Part shown: piece after piece, positions 51,346 to 64,000 of the stretch
How the letters are laid out: each line of letters opens with the position of its first letter
Numbering within the stretch: the first letter of the stretch is position 1
Assembly (NCBI RefSeq): GCF_009914755.1
Contig: NC_060937.1
Strand: one strand, 5' to 3'
Length of the DNA: 64,000 nucleotides
DNA from: the human T2T-CHM13v2.0 reference genome, Homo sapiens
Made by a program: the position numbers and the translations under genes
Notes under the pieces: model-generated
Told to the model about the DNA's origin: nothing
Databases searched by the model: none
What the model saw: the letters and a program-made list of their open reading frames with translations, nothing else

Positions 51346-52460
51346 AGGGGGTAGGGCAAGAGGGGAGCCAAAGATGACACCAAGGTTTGGGGTGTGAGCT
51401 AAAGACTAAGACAAGCAATATGGTGAGTGACAGGGGGATAAAACCAGGAGCTCTGTTGTGGATGTGTTGGATAGAGTTGTCCTGAGTTTAGGGGAGGTGC
51501 CAGGGCCAGAGATATGAATTTGGGAGTCATTAGCAATTAGATGGAATTTTAAGCCATGGAATGGATGAGATCTCAAAGGGAGTGAGAGTGAGCAAAGAAG
51601 AAAAAACCTTCAGACACTGCATACTGGAGCCCTGGGATGTGCTGGGATTTTTTTCTGTATGGGTCCAATAGGGCTCCTGTATAGTGAGCTTAGAGTCCAT
51701 CCCATGGTGATGATGAGGATATAAAATTAAGTTGGTGATACAGCAAGGATCCAAATTCAATTCAGTCCTCTGGGCAAACTTCATTAAAATGGTAAGATTT
51801 GTGAACTTTGGTTTTTGATTTATTTTAAAGATAAAATTCATCCAAAAGCATCATCCAAAGCCACAAAGTTGGAGACTTCATATTTTTAATGAGATTTTCT
51901 TTTTTTCCCCCAAAATTTGCCACCCTCAGATAATCATAATTCTGTATGTGGGGACATGTCTTATATCCTATTTTCTTTCCCTAGTGCCACTCCATTTTCT
52001 CCCAATCTAAACTCATGATTACAAGATTAGCATCTTGCCTATGATGATTCAGGCATATTGAATCACATCCCAATGTGTATTTAAAATATATCGAAATCCT
52101 ATCTTGGAAATATGGCCTGTACATTATTTCAGAATATATTATTCCTATCAAATAAAAACTAATCAACTAGAAGCCAAACAGCTAGATTTCTAGCATGCCT
52201 GATCTGAGAGTCTTCATTCTTTGAATTGATTTTTCAGCCCAAATATTTTACTCCTGTAAATCGCAGGGACACACAAAACATTTCGGAAGTCTGCTGGTTT
52301 CTGGCATTCTCTGAAGGAGAGTAAAGTGACAGATTCAGATTTCCTTTTTCACTTGTTATTTTCTGTGAATTTAAAATTGCATATCACAAACAGAGCTATT
52401 TTGTGTCGACCGGAATTCAGATGGAAAGAAAATGATCTCTTGCAAGGAAGATAGGCATGG

Positions 52461-52830
52461 TGTATTCGTTGGGGTAAGGCTTCTACTGTAACAAATAAAC
52501 CCCACGTTTTCAATAGGTTACAGCCAAAGTTTATTTCTGTCTTCTGTGACATCCAACACCAGTGCCCCTGGTGAGTGGGTGCTTCTCTCCCACCCGAGGG
52601 CCAGCCTCTCTCCAGCGGGTGGCTCCCCTGCCATAGGTCCTCAGAGTCCTCTGCATCCACATGCAAGGGATGTGACAGTAGAGAGGGCACACCTGCTTCT
52701 TCTGAATCCCAGTCAGAAGTCACATGCATCACTGCCTCTCACATCCCATGGCTGAGCTCCCGACTACTCTGGATAAAAGGGAAACTGGGTCATGCCTTCG
52801 TTTGGCAGCACTTCTCAGCAACAACTCTAC
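52461..52830 (-). mobile_element. MLT1J-like LTR
   Basis: ctgtaacaaataaacccc...aagtttatttct; cagaagtcacatgcatcactgc. Confidence 0.7.
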
Positions 52831-54321
52831 ATGTAGACAGAGAAGCATAGCTTCTGAGGGGGACAGAAAACTTTGGAGACATACATTCTTGAGTTTCAAT
52901 TGTGAAAATGCCACAGGCTAGATGACCTAGGGTGAATTATTCAATCCTTCTGAACTGAGTTCCTTAATTCTTTTGATCATTCATACACTCTCTTACTAAA
53001 TGGGTGAAAGACCCACATGTAGGGTAGTTGAGCTCATTCAAGGTCATGTAGAAAGTGTGCTCACCAACGCAGAGTTTTACCAGGTGACTCATTTGAGCCC
53101 AAGAGACAAAACTCTAACTCAAATAGCTGGAGTTTAAAAAGGAGGATTTGTTGGTGATTGAAACCAGATCATGGAACAGTTGGCCTCATGGGCAGCTGGG
53201 TTCAGAGATGGGACTGTTGCTAGCATGTTCTCTGTCTGCGTTTCTCATTTCTGCTCCTTGGTACACCTTGGCCTCCTCAGCTCCTCCTGCAGACAGCTTT
53301 TCTCCCTCCAAATGGTAGGGAACATAGATGCCCACAGCCCTGAACTCATCTTCCAATTTCAGTTTCACTACTAGCGCCAGCTGGAACAATTGGAGGAAAG
53401 GACACAGATTGGCGAGGCATGGGTGCCAAGACCACTCTTAGAAAAAAGGTGGGTGCTGGGCTGACAACAGATACGTCAGTGGTGGTTACTTTTTGATGGC
53501 TATTTATATTTGGAGGACTTAAGGCCAATTTGCTGAATCGGCTTCAACTTCAATATGAAGAGTTTCTTCCCACCTTTCCCTTCTTGGACTTTGGTGGGAG
53601 TCCCTGTATAGCATCCCACCTGACATCCTTCTTCCCAGGCTCCAGAATTAGCTCTGTGCTCCTCCCCAGCATTAAAATCCTCCTTCTCTAAGCAACCTTA
53701 TGTCATTAAGTGTGAAACAAATCAACAGATAAATGAATTCACATGGAGGTATTAGTGACTGATAATAGCTATGTATGTTACCTTTCTATCCAGAAAACGG
53801 AGCACCTTCAAACAAACCAATATTCCAGAAAGGAGAGAGAATGCTCCTTGAAAAAGCAGCCCGAAGGGCCACCTTTTCCATGGGATTATTGTACTGTGAT
53901 CACTACGGCTGTCCCCATGCTGCCCTGCTGGGAAGTACAGCTCCCCTGTTTTATGTCATGACTTAAAAGCATAGATTAAAAAGGCTGGGACTGTCAGAAT
54001 GAGTTCACTAACTGCTAGGGAGAACTACAGAAAAATAAACACAGGGTATACAAACCACAAATAGAGTCTGGCTTAGGAGGTAAAGGCTTCAAATCTCACC
54101 AAAGCTAATTTGTTTAGTGGAGACTCGGAAGAGGAAAAAACTCCATTCAGGCACACCCCACCCACTCTAATCCTTAGATTTTCCTGTGATGCTCTGGAGG
54201 GAGACTGGCCTGAGGTTAACCCTCTGGTTTAGCTCCTTCCCAGCTGTGTAAACTTGGTTGTGTTATTTAACCTTGCTGGGACTCAACGGACCATGCTTAC
54301 CCCCCAAAGTTTGTCTAAGAG

Positions 54322-54786
54322 AGTATTAATTTGCTGGGTGTGCCATAACAAAGTACCACAGAGCAAGCAGCTTTACAACAGAAACGTATTATCTCGCCAT
54401 TCTGGAGGCTGAGAGGCTGAAATCAGGGTGTCAGCAGGGTTGGTTCCCTCTGTGGGCTGTGATCGAACATTGGTCCCGTGCTCCTCACCTCATATCTAGT
54501 GGCTTGCTGGTGATCTTTGGCATTCCTGGGCTTGTAGAAGCGTTATCGGGATCTGTCTCTCTTCATCTTCACGTGGCATTCTTCCTCTGTACGTGTCTAT
54601 CCCTGAATTTCCCCATTTTATAAGGACACTAGTCATATAGCATTCAGGGCCCAACCTACTCATCAGTAGGACCTTCTCTTAACTGATTACCTCTGCAACA
54701 ACCCTATTTCCAAATAAGGTCACATTCCAAGGTACGGGAGTTATTCGACATATGAATTTGAGGGGGACACAATTTAACCCACAACA
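54322..54786 (-). mobile_element. MLT1C-like solo LTR inserted in a MIR
   Basis: gccataacaaagtaccaca...ggggacacaatttaacccacaaca; TSD AAGAG. Confidence 0.9.
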
Positions 54787-54990
54787 AAGAGTAGACAAAA
54801 CAATGCATGTAAAGAATTTAACACAACATCTGGTACATGTCATCTCACTAAACAACCACTGCCTTTGTGACAATCATCATCTTCCCAAATTCACACTTGG
54901 CCTGACTGCTTCTCCCCCAGGGATGCAGTCCTCCCTTGCAGCCCTCACCAGGCCACAGCACATGAAGCTACTATAAGAACTATGCCATGA

Positions 54991-55367
<377 letters not shown>

Positions 55368-55670
55368 TGATCATGTTGTACTATTGCCATGTTGTAGCCA
55401 CTATTCTAAGCATTCTATTTTTTTAGTTTTTTAATTCCCTAAAACAACTCTACAAGGTAGGTACTATTATTATTCTCCCATTTTATAGATGAAAAACCAG
55501 GGAGAGAGAGTGTAGTCACTTGCCTGTTAGGAGATAGCACTGAGATTCCAAACCAAGCAGGTGGCTCTGGACTTATGTGCTCAGTCAATATCCACCCTGA
55601 AGTGTATTCCCTGTGTCCTTCAAATATCTCCCTAGTGACTGGTTTTGAAAACCTGTTTTAAGAAAGGGGA

Positions 55671-55902
55671 GGCGGGCGGATCACGAGGTCAGGAGATCGA
55701 GACCATCCCGGCTAAAAACGGTGAAACCCCGTCTCTACTAAAAATACAAAAAATTAGCCGGGCGTAGTGGCGGGCGCCTGTAGTCCCAGCTACTTGGGAG
55801 GCTGAGGCAGGAGCTTGCAATGAGCCGAGATCCCGCCACTGCACTCCAGCCTGGGCGACAGAGCGAGACTCCGTCTCAAAAAAAAAAAAAAAGAAAAAAA
55901 AA
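55671..55902 (+). mobile_element. AluYa5, 5'-truncated, with 25-bp internal deletion
   Basis: Ya5 diagnostics accatcccggctaaa, gcgtagtgg, ctacttggg, gagatcccgcc; TSD AAGAAAGGGGA. Confidence 0.9.
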
Positions 55903-58576
55903 AAGAAAGGGGAACCTATATGAGGGCAGAGGTAGCTCTGTGTCACAAATCAGATGCGTGGTGTTCAGCTCTGCTATGAAAGTAAGGTCCATGGAAAGAG
56001 ATGTCACTGGTCTTCTCCTTGTAGGGGACAGTAAAGCACATCGCCCGAGTGGCCTGGGGGCAGGTATCCCCTCTCCTCAGGCAGCTTCAGCATGGCAGAA
56101 GGGACCAGGAACACAGGCCTCACTGTCTGCTTCTTTTGCAAACAACTAAGGAGAAGGAACCCATTTCAATATATTATTTTGGTGGGGTGGGTATAGGGCA
56201 GTGTTTAAATTTCGGTCAAGCCAAGCCAGGCCCCACGACAGATAGCGGCTGCACAGCAGGCTGTTCAAGACCTCTAATTACATTTTCCCCCATCTCCTTC
56301 TCAGATCTGAGATCTGGAAGCCTACAGCTGCTTGTTTATGGCCTTGTCAAAAGCCGGTGGGCTAAAGGTGAGCTCACAGCCTGCCTCTAACTCCCTGGCC
56401 CCCGAGCTGTGTGTGTGGGCACTGACACTGTTGCACTCCTGTGCCTGAGACAGAGGTATGGAGTTGTCCTTTTGGCTCCAAGCACTCAGTTCTCTAGAGG
56501 GTTCTGCGGAGCCCTGTGCAGCTGTTTTCAGCCTTCTGCTTAATGTTCTGCAGTGAAGATCGATGTGCAGGCTCCCGAATTGCAGGCCCTGTGTCCCCAG
56601 CTTGTAGGATATTTTTGGTGAGCTCTCTTTAACATTTCCCATTAATTACTCCAGCACCACCTTCCTATGCTATTGAAAAGCCTGTGATCTATCTCTTAGG
56701 CCTATTCTACCCACTGGCCCTACTCCTATAGTAAATTGCCCTAAAATTTACTATGGGGAGCTGTTTATTCAGCCAAAAAACATTGACCTGACAGGCAGAT
56801 GTCAAGCAGAGACAGCCCTGGAGGGCCAGCCCACCAGTCTCATTGCCTCAGCAGTGACCCATGTCTGAGACCCCTGTCCCTGAGGCAGGACAGTCATGCA
56901 GGGATAGCACACACCCAGGTGATGACGTAGGCTGGATGGAGGGTCCCCGGGTGGGCTGCTTCTGCCCAGGGCCTTAGTGTCCAGGAGCTCTAGTGCCTCA
57001 AGACCCAAGCCTCCTTGATTCCTCTGCAGGTGAGGTTTGCTTGGTTTCCAACCAAACCAAGCTTGGTTTCTTTGGCACACCTTTGCCAAGCCACGTTGCC
57101 ATTGCCTCCTCAGTAAAGAAAATGAGTGGCCGCCTGCCTTACCTTTTCCCACTGAGTGAGGTCACTGAGGACATTGAATGCCTATCGGCTCCAGCTGCCC
57201 GTCTCTGTCCTGCCTATGCTGAGACTGCCTGATCTTCCTGAAGAGTTTTAAGTTCTACCTCCCAGATACCCAGTAGTCATCTAGCCCAACTCTGAAGCTT
57301 TACAGAGAAGCAAACAGAGGCATAGAGAAGGCAATGCATTGCCCCAGGGCACAGAGGAGAACTGGGGCGGTTATTATCCTGTCTTGGGACGCCCAGTCGG
57401 CAGCTTTCCATGCACTGGGCCACTTTCATTGGAAAGGCTGAGCTCTCTGTGACTTCAAAGGGAAAGACAAGCCCTATGCTTTTTAAAAAAAACAATCAGA
57501 CAATAGGAGGTGCATTGACTAGTCTCCTTTTTCCAGAGCCTGCAAAGAGGGCTTCATTCAGATGGTCCTGAGAGGCCCAGTAGATGTGGGGTCAGTCATG
57601 ACCCTTTTCCCAGGCTCCCCAGGGGAGGAGCTCTACCCTGCCCACCCAGCGGGGCTGTGAGCAACCACCACCTGCACTTTGAAATCTGCCATCATAGCCC
57701 ACACATGGGTCAAGAGTGACCCACTCATGGGTCAAGAGTGACCCACTGTCATTGCCCCATTACCCGCCTTGCTGCACCAATACAAACACATTCTTCGCTC
57801 CCCATCAGCAGCTGCCCCCTCCGTGTTCAGCAATATCCCAAATCCAAACTCAAGAGTTTATGGGAGCTAAAAAAAGGACTCAGGAAAACTTTTACTTTCA
57901 GCTGACTCTTACAGCTTACATATTTCAAATCCCATCTATATGGTAATGATGACTGGATTTCCTGAGCCAAAAATCATGACGTGTGGCCTCCCCAATGTTT
58001 TTTCTTGATTTGTGAACACAGGCACAAGAAGATTCTCAAATACAGTGATTGGACTCAGTGATTAAATCACATGTCAAGAGTTAACTTCAGGGAAAAGTGA
58101 TCAAACCTCACAGCACCAGAACTACATGGAGAAGTTTAGAATGTGCGGCCGCTGCCTGTGTCTGTCCCCTCCCTTTCCGACGTGCTCGCCGAGGCCGTGA
58201 AACAGCCTTCCTGTTCAGGACTGAGAGAGCCGGAGCAGAGCAGCTGCCAAGTCATCATCACAGCCGGGCTCGGGAGCAGGGTCTTCACTCAAGATGGCAA
58301 AATAACCAGCTGAGAAACAGAAGCTTCCATCAATCAAGCTGCTGTTTGTTCTACATGATAGCATTGTGTAGAACAAACAGCATGTTTGATTGATTTTTTT
58401 GGAGCAAGGTGACTGAAATTCCACTTCATAGCAAACACAGCCTCAATCTCTAGTGCCAATGCTTAAGTGCCAGATAGTTCATCTCCCAACCCCCCGCCGC
58501 CCCCGCTCCCGGCATCCCTGCTCTGTCACTCAGGAGCTGTGTGACCTGGATCCAGCTACCCAACCCTCATCTGTGA

Positions 58577-59069
<493 letters not shown>

Positions 59070-60990
59070 GAAAACATTTCTTATGCCAAATCCTGCTCTT
59101 TCTTGAAGAGGATTCTCCCATACCACGAATCTTCTGGGCACCAGGTCTGAGGCTTGAGATCTGTGGGAAGTTCACCTGTTCCACTGCAGCCAAAACTTGG
59201 GGCTAAGCAGTGGAGCAACAATAAAGGCAGAGGGTGGAGTGGTGATCTCAGAACCAACATTCCTTTCTTAGGTGTCCACTGCCTGCCACGCTCCTCCTTT
59301 AAATAAAAACACTTCATATCCTTCTCGCTTACTCCTCACAAATTTCCATCAAGGATTCGTTTTGCTGACGCGAAAATTAGTCCACAGGGGTTGTGTTGCT
59401 TAACCCCAGGGCTGGCTGGCTTTCTGTGTGCTGACCTTCAGAGATGGTTCATGGAGCAAGGCCCTGCATGCTCAGGTGTGATCTTCGCACCTGGATGCCC
59501 ACCGGAGTCACACAGCAGGGCCCCCCTGGGCAGAAGCAGCCCATCTGACCTGGCTTTCTCGCTGCTGGGAGCAAGAAGCACTGCCTTTCATGCACGAGGA
59601 TTCAGAATGGACTAACACATTTGTGTGTGTGGGAAGATCTAAATGAATAGGGAAGAAGATCTATTCTGCAGTCTCACAAGCCTCATGCTTGGAGAGGAGA
59701 TGTGTGTTCTCAGTTCTGAGGTTTACCAGTGACTGCCGCTCATCGCATGCCAATTACATACGTGAAGTTCGGTGCTCATGCCATTATATATTTTCTCATT
59801 TAATCCTCCAAACAGTCCTTTAAAGTAGATGTCACAATCCCTATCTTACAGATAAGGAAGTTGGGGTTTTGAGCAGTTGAGGGACTTGCCCAAGGTCATA
59901 GACCCGTCATCTGAACCAAAGCCTCTCCCCATGATCATCCTTTAACAGCACAGGGGACACCTCACCCTGGGTAACCATGTCATGCAGTTGGCTCAAGTGT
60001 TCATCCTCTTTCTGTTTTCCTTGAGCAAGAGCTGCCCTGGAGCCTCACCTGACACTTTCCCACCAAGAGCTCATGGTGTGCTACAGGTACAACCCAGCCT
60101 TCAGGCACATGGTCAGCTTCGCCCAAGCGTCTGTAACTATCACATCCTGCTCTCTTCAGCAATGATATATTTAAGAGGAAGAGCCTGGCCTCTCTGTCCT
60201 CACCTTAGAACTGAACAGCATGTTCTGGGGATGTTCTGTCCCTGGAAGTAAACAATGAGAGAATCAATTCTACTCTACCGAGGATCAGGTATTGTTTGGA
60301 CAGCCTACTATGATGGTCAGATGAAAGCGTGTACAGTTTCTCCATGGTCCATAGTGTGAGCTATCTGGAAGGATAATCCTGGTAGCATTATTTCATTGCA
60401 GTTCTCTTGTGTGGTGTAATATGATGACTACCACCCTAACACCTTGTAACTCTAATCCAGGTTACAGGATTCTGCAGAGCATTCCATGTCCACTGCCCCT
60501 CACAAAAGGGCTCGTGAAGCCCATGCCATCTGCATCCTGTTCATGGCTCAAATGCAGCCCACTGGCATGAGGCAGTGTTCCCCCAAAGGGGATGGGGCAT
60601 AATCAGTGCTCATTGAATACGAAAAAGAGACAGATCCCATGATTCATGTTCTTCTGTCCTCAGGCTAATGGGAAGGCACACCCCAGCTACACCCATGATG
60701 TTTTAATGCTCTGAAGTCTCGTAATATTACTTCAGTCACTTTCTGAATCACTGGCCTGGGCTCTGATGTTACATGAAAGCGGCCCTGGGGCATGTGGCCA
60801 TGCCCTCTCTCCTTCTTCTCCGGGCCTTAGAGCATCCCCCCACAGGCCCCGCCATGTCCTCGTCATAATCACATGCATTCCAGCTTCACTCCCAGGGAGA
60901 CTCAGTTGTCTTCCCACATTCTTGCCCAGTTTCTGCTCCAGAAATAAGTGATCACCATGGTTTTATTAAGTATTTTTAAAAATAGATTAC

Positions 60991-61235
60991 AGTTGGCTCT
61001 CTGCACCCATGAGTCCTGCCTCCATGTATTCAGCCAACCATGGATGAAAAATATTCCAAATAAATAAACAGCAATACAATGATAAAAATGATACAAATAA
61101 AAAAACAATACAACATAACAACTATTGTGCTAGGTTATATGCAAATATTATGCCATTTTATCTTAGAGACTTAAACACCCTTGGATCTGGGTATCTGCAG
61201 TGGTCCCGGAACCCATTCTCTACAGATACCAAGAT
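60991..61235. mobile_element. MER2-like Tigger derivative
   Basis: cagttggctctctg...attcagccaaccatggatgaaaaatatt; gctaggttatatgcaaata..atgccattttat. Confidence 0.8.
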
Positions 61236-61599
61236 CTATTGTTCAAAATTATTTTATGATAACTCAGTCTCAATACATCTCAAAGAAGGTCAGCTCCTAA
61301 GTATTGGAGTTCATGCTCATGAAGAAGTATTTATCTTCTATTTATCAGACTCTCTTGTGACTCCAATGAAGCCGACATTTTACCTTCTCAGCATCCTACA
61401 CATTCCTGCCCTGTGCCTCTGTCCAACCATTTACCATCTCATCTGGAACTTTCCTGCCTCTTGCTCTTCTCTTCTGCATACCTTAGTGATCCTTCAAGGT
61501 CCAACTCAAGTCACAGCATATCCATGGAATTTCTCTTCCCTACCCTGACTCACACAGGCTTCTCCCTCTCCCTGACCACCCCGTCTTAGTCCCTCATAT

Positions 61600-62296
61600 T
61601 GTAATCACCCAGTGAGTTCACCTTGCCCGCTGCCTAGACAGAGCTGATTTATCAAGACAGTGGAATTGCAAGGGCAAAAGAGTAATTCATGCAGAACCGG
61701 CTGTGCAGGAGACCAGAGTTTTATTATTACTCAAAAGAGTTTTTAAGGATAATTTGGTGGGTATGGGCTCAGAAAGCGGGGAGTGCTGATTGGTCAGGTT
61801 GAAGATGAAATCATAGGTGGTCAAACTGAGTTCTTCTTGCTGACTTCTGTTTCTGGATGGGATCCTAGAACTGGTTGAGCTGGATTGTCAGTCTAGGTGG
61901 TGTCATCTGCTACATCGGAATGCAAGGTGTGCAAAATATCTCAAGCACTGATCTTAGGTTTTGCAACAGTGATGTTATTCCCAGGAGCAATTTGGAGAGA
62001 CTTTTGTAGCCAGAAGCTGCATGGCCTCTAAACCGTAATTTCTAATCTTGTAGCTAATTTGTTAGTCCTACAATGCAGGCTGGTCCCCAGGCAAGGAGTT
62101 TTTAGGGGAAAGGGCTATTATCAATTTTGTTTCAGAGTTTAAACTACAAGCTAAATTCCTTCCTAAGGCTAGTTAGGCCTACATCCAGGAATGAACAAAG
62201 ACAGCTTAGAGATTAGAAGGAAAACAGGGTCAGTTAGGTCTGATCTCTTTCACTGTCATAATTTCCTCAGTTACGATTTTTGCAAAGGCGGTTACA
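61600..62296 (-). mobile_element. LTR8 (ERV1) solo LTR
   Basis: tgtaatcacccagtgagttcaccttgcccgctgcctagacagagc...tttgcaaaggcggttaca. Confidence 0.88.
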
Positions 62297-62700
62297 ACAT
62301 CATGGTGTTAGTTTGTTTCCTGAGAGTGAGCATCCCCTCTCCAACAAGTCAGTGGGCACTTGAGCCCAGGGATCTGAGAATCTGTGTTTTGCCTTCTGTC
62401 TTTCTTGATCTGTCAAAACCCTTCTTCTCTTTCAAGGCACAACTCAGATATCAGCTCCTTGGAGAAACCTTCTTAGACCCTCCCCCACCATCCCCCATCT
62501 AGGCAGAATGAATGGCCCCATTAGCATGTAAGCTTCTAATTCTATGGTAACGCAGCCCACCTCTTCCATAACATTACTTTTGATAAGCACATTTCCCCTG
62601 GCAGTAGGTGGTAAGTAGATGTTGAATGGAGATACAAATACTCACATAGCTATTACTCTAGCAGGTACATGCTGTTAATAAACTCTCTAATAATGACTGA

Positions 62701-62999
<299 letters not shown>

Positions 63000-63794
63000 T
63001 GAAATTGTTAATTTGAGTATTTGCTCACCTTGCAGATATGGCACTGTGTGAAATCTTTATAACATCATTATGGCCACTGCCACAATCCATAGGATCTAAA
63101 CTACATTACACTGTTGACATTCGAAGAGGAGAGAATATAGACCAATGTCTTCATGAAGCCCAAATTTATAAATAACATTATAAATGTTGTCCATTTGGTC
63201 ATATAGCACTAGGGACCACCAACTTTTAGTGCCTCGGAAAATGTTTGAAAACTGCACAATTAAAACTAATAAAAGTTTAATTAAATGTTTACAACATATT
63301 ACATACCACCTATAATTTTATTTATATATATAGTTATATAGAATATGGAAGTTTATTTTGAAAGAATAAGATAATTTTTATCAACAGACCTTAAAACTAT
63401 AAATCTTGTTTACATGATTTTAACATTAAATAGGAATATTTTTAAAATATGGGATGTGGTTGCCTTTTAATATGTTTGATTGAATAGAATCTCCAAAAGG
63501 AAGAACACTTGAGCCTGTGAAGTTCTTAAATTAATCCTTCTGTGGTATAAAATTCCCCCTACAAAGTGCAAGTAAGGTATACCTGAGAAAGCATACATAG
63601 TACCATTAGACATTTCTTGATTTCTAAATAGAACCCAAAAGTTATTTTGAAAGACATTTTCATTGTTCAATCTTTTCACTTCCATTACCAGCAGTAGCAG
63701 CTTCCTTAGGGGATTTTTTTTCTTTTTTTAGGAAACAAAGAAGTGCCTTTTTAAGCACTTAATGGGAGACCTGAGCCTAGAAAGGCAGGTGGAG

Positions 63795-63920
63795 AGGAGG
63801 ACGCCTCCCTCGGGTGTGGCTCCGGGCGGGCGGCCAGCCCAACTGCCCAGCCCAACTGCCCAGCCCACGCCTGCTCTGGCTCACCCTTCCATGCCAGCAC
63901 CTCATCACCAGCCAATGGGT
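63795..63920. promoter_or_regulatory. GC-box/CCAAT promoter-like segment
   Basis: CCGGGCGGGCGG at ~63822-63833 and AGCCAATGGG at ~63910-63919. Confidence 0.35.
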
Positions 63921-64000
63921 CCTGAATTCAAATCTGGTCCTGTAAGGCCCCAAGGGGTAATTCCTGCCCACTGCATCAGGAAAAACCACAGCCTTGCAGG

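Larger units (their letters stand above)
48097..51640 (-). mobile_element. L2 hosting nested MER46C-like and L1M insertions
   Basis: L2 terminus attcattcattcagcaaat at ~48100; L2 resumes at ~51350 (agccaaagatgacaccaaggtttgg). Confidence 0.75.

Noticed and set aside
63215-63470. AT-rich segment possibly from an old DNA transposon
   Set aside because: Could not identify termini or a family with confidence

Overview
Primate, almost certainly human, genomic DNA: it carries an AluYa5 with its diagnostic bases. It is mostly interspersed repeats (Alu, L1M, L2, L3/CR1, MIR, MaLR and LTR8 solo LTRs, Tigger-family elements). I recognise no known protein-coding gene and cannot name the locus. The long ORFs at 19.8-21.9 kb are artefacts of a ~2 kb CA-rich minisatellite. 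The main leads are: (1) a repeat-free island at ~9.7-13.8 kb with a perfect CTCF core and a two-way TATA element; (2) a plus-strand chain of splice-site-bounded candidate exons (546-12865) that splice in frame into a 137-aa ORF; (3) an overlapping minus-strand exon chain with a strong-Kozak 67-aa ORF; (4) a 31-bp-stem hairpin followed by T7 at 58.3 kb; (5) three identical-arm GGGTCA-N4-TGACCC elements within 160 bp at 57.6-57.7 kb; (6) a 5'-truncated, internally deleted AluYa5. All transcript models were assembled by eye and are hypotheses. Repeat boundaries and subfamily calls are approximate unless target-site duplications (TSDs) are quoted.
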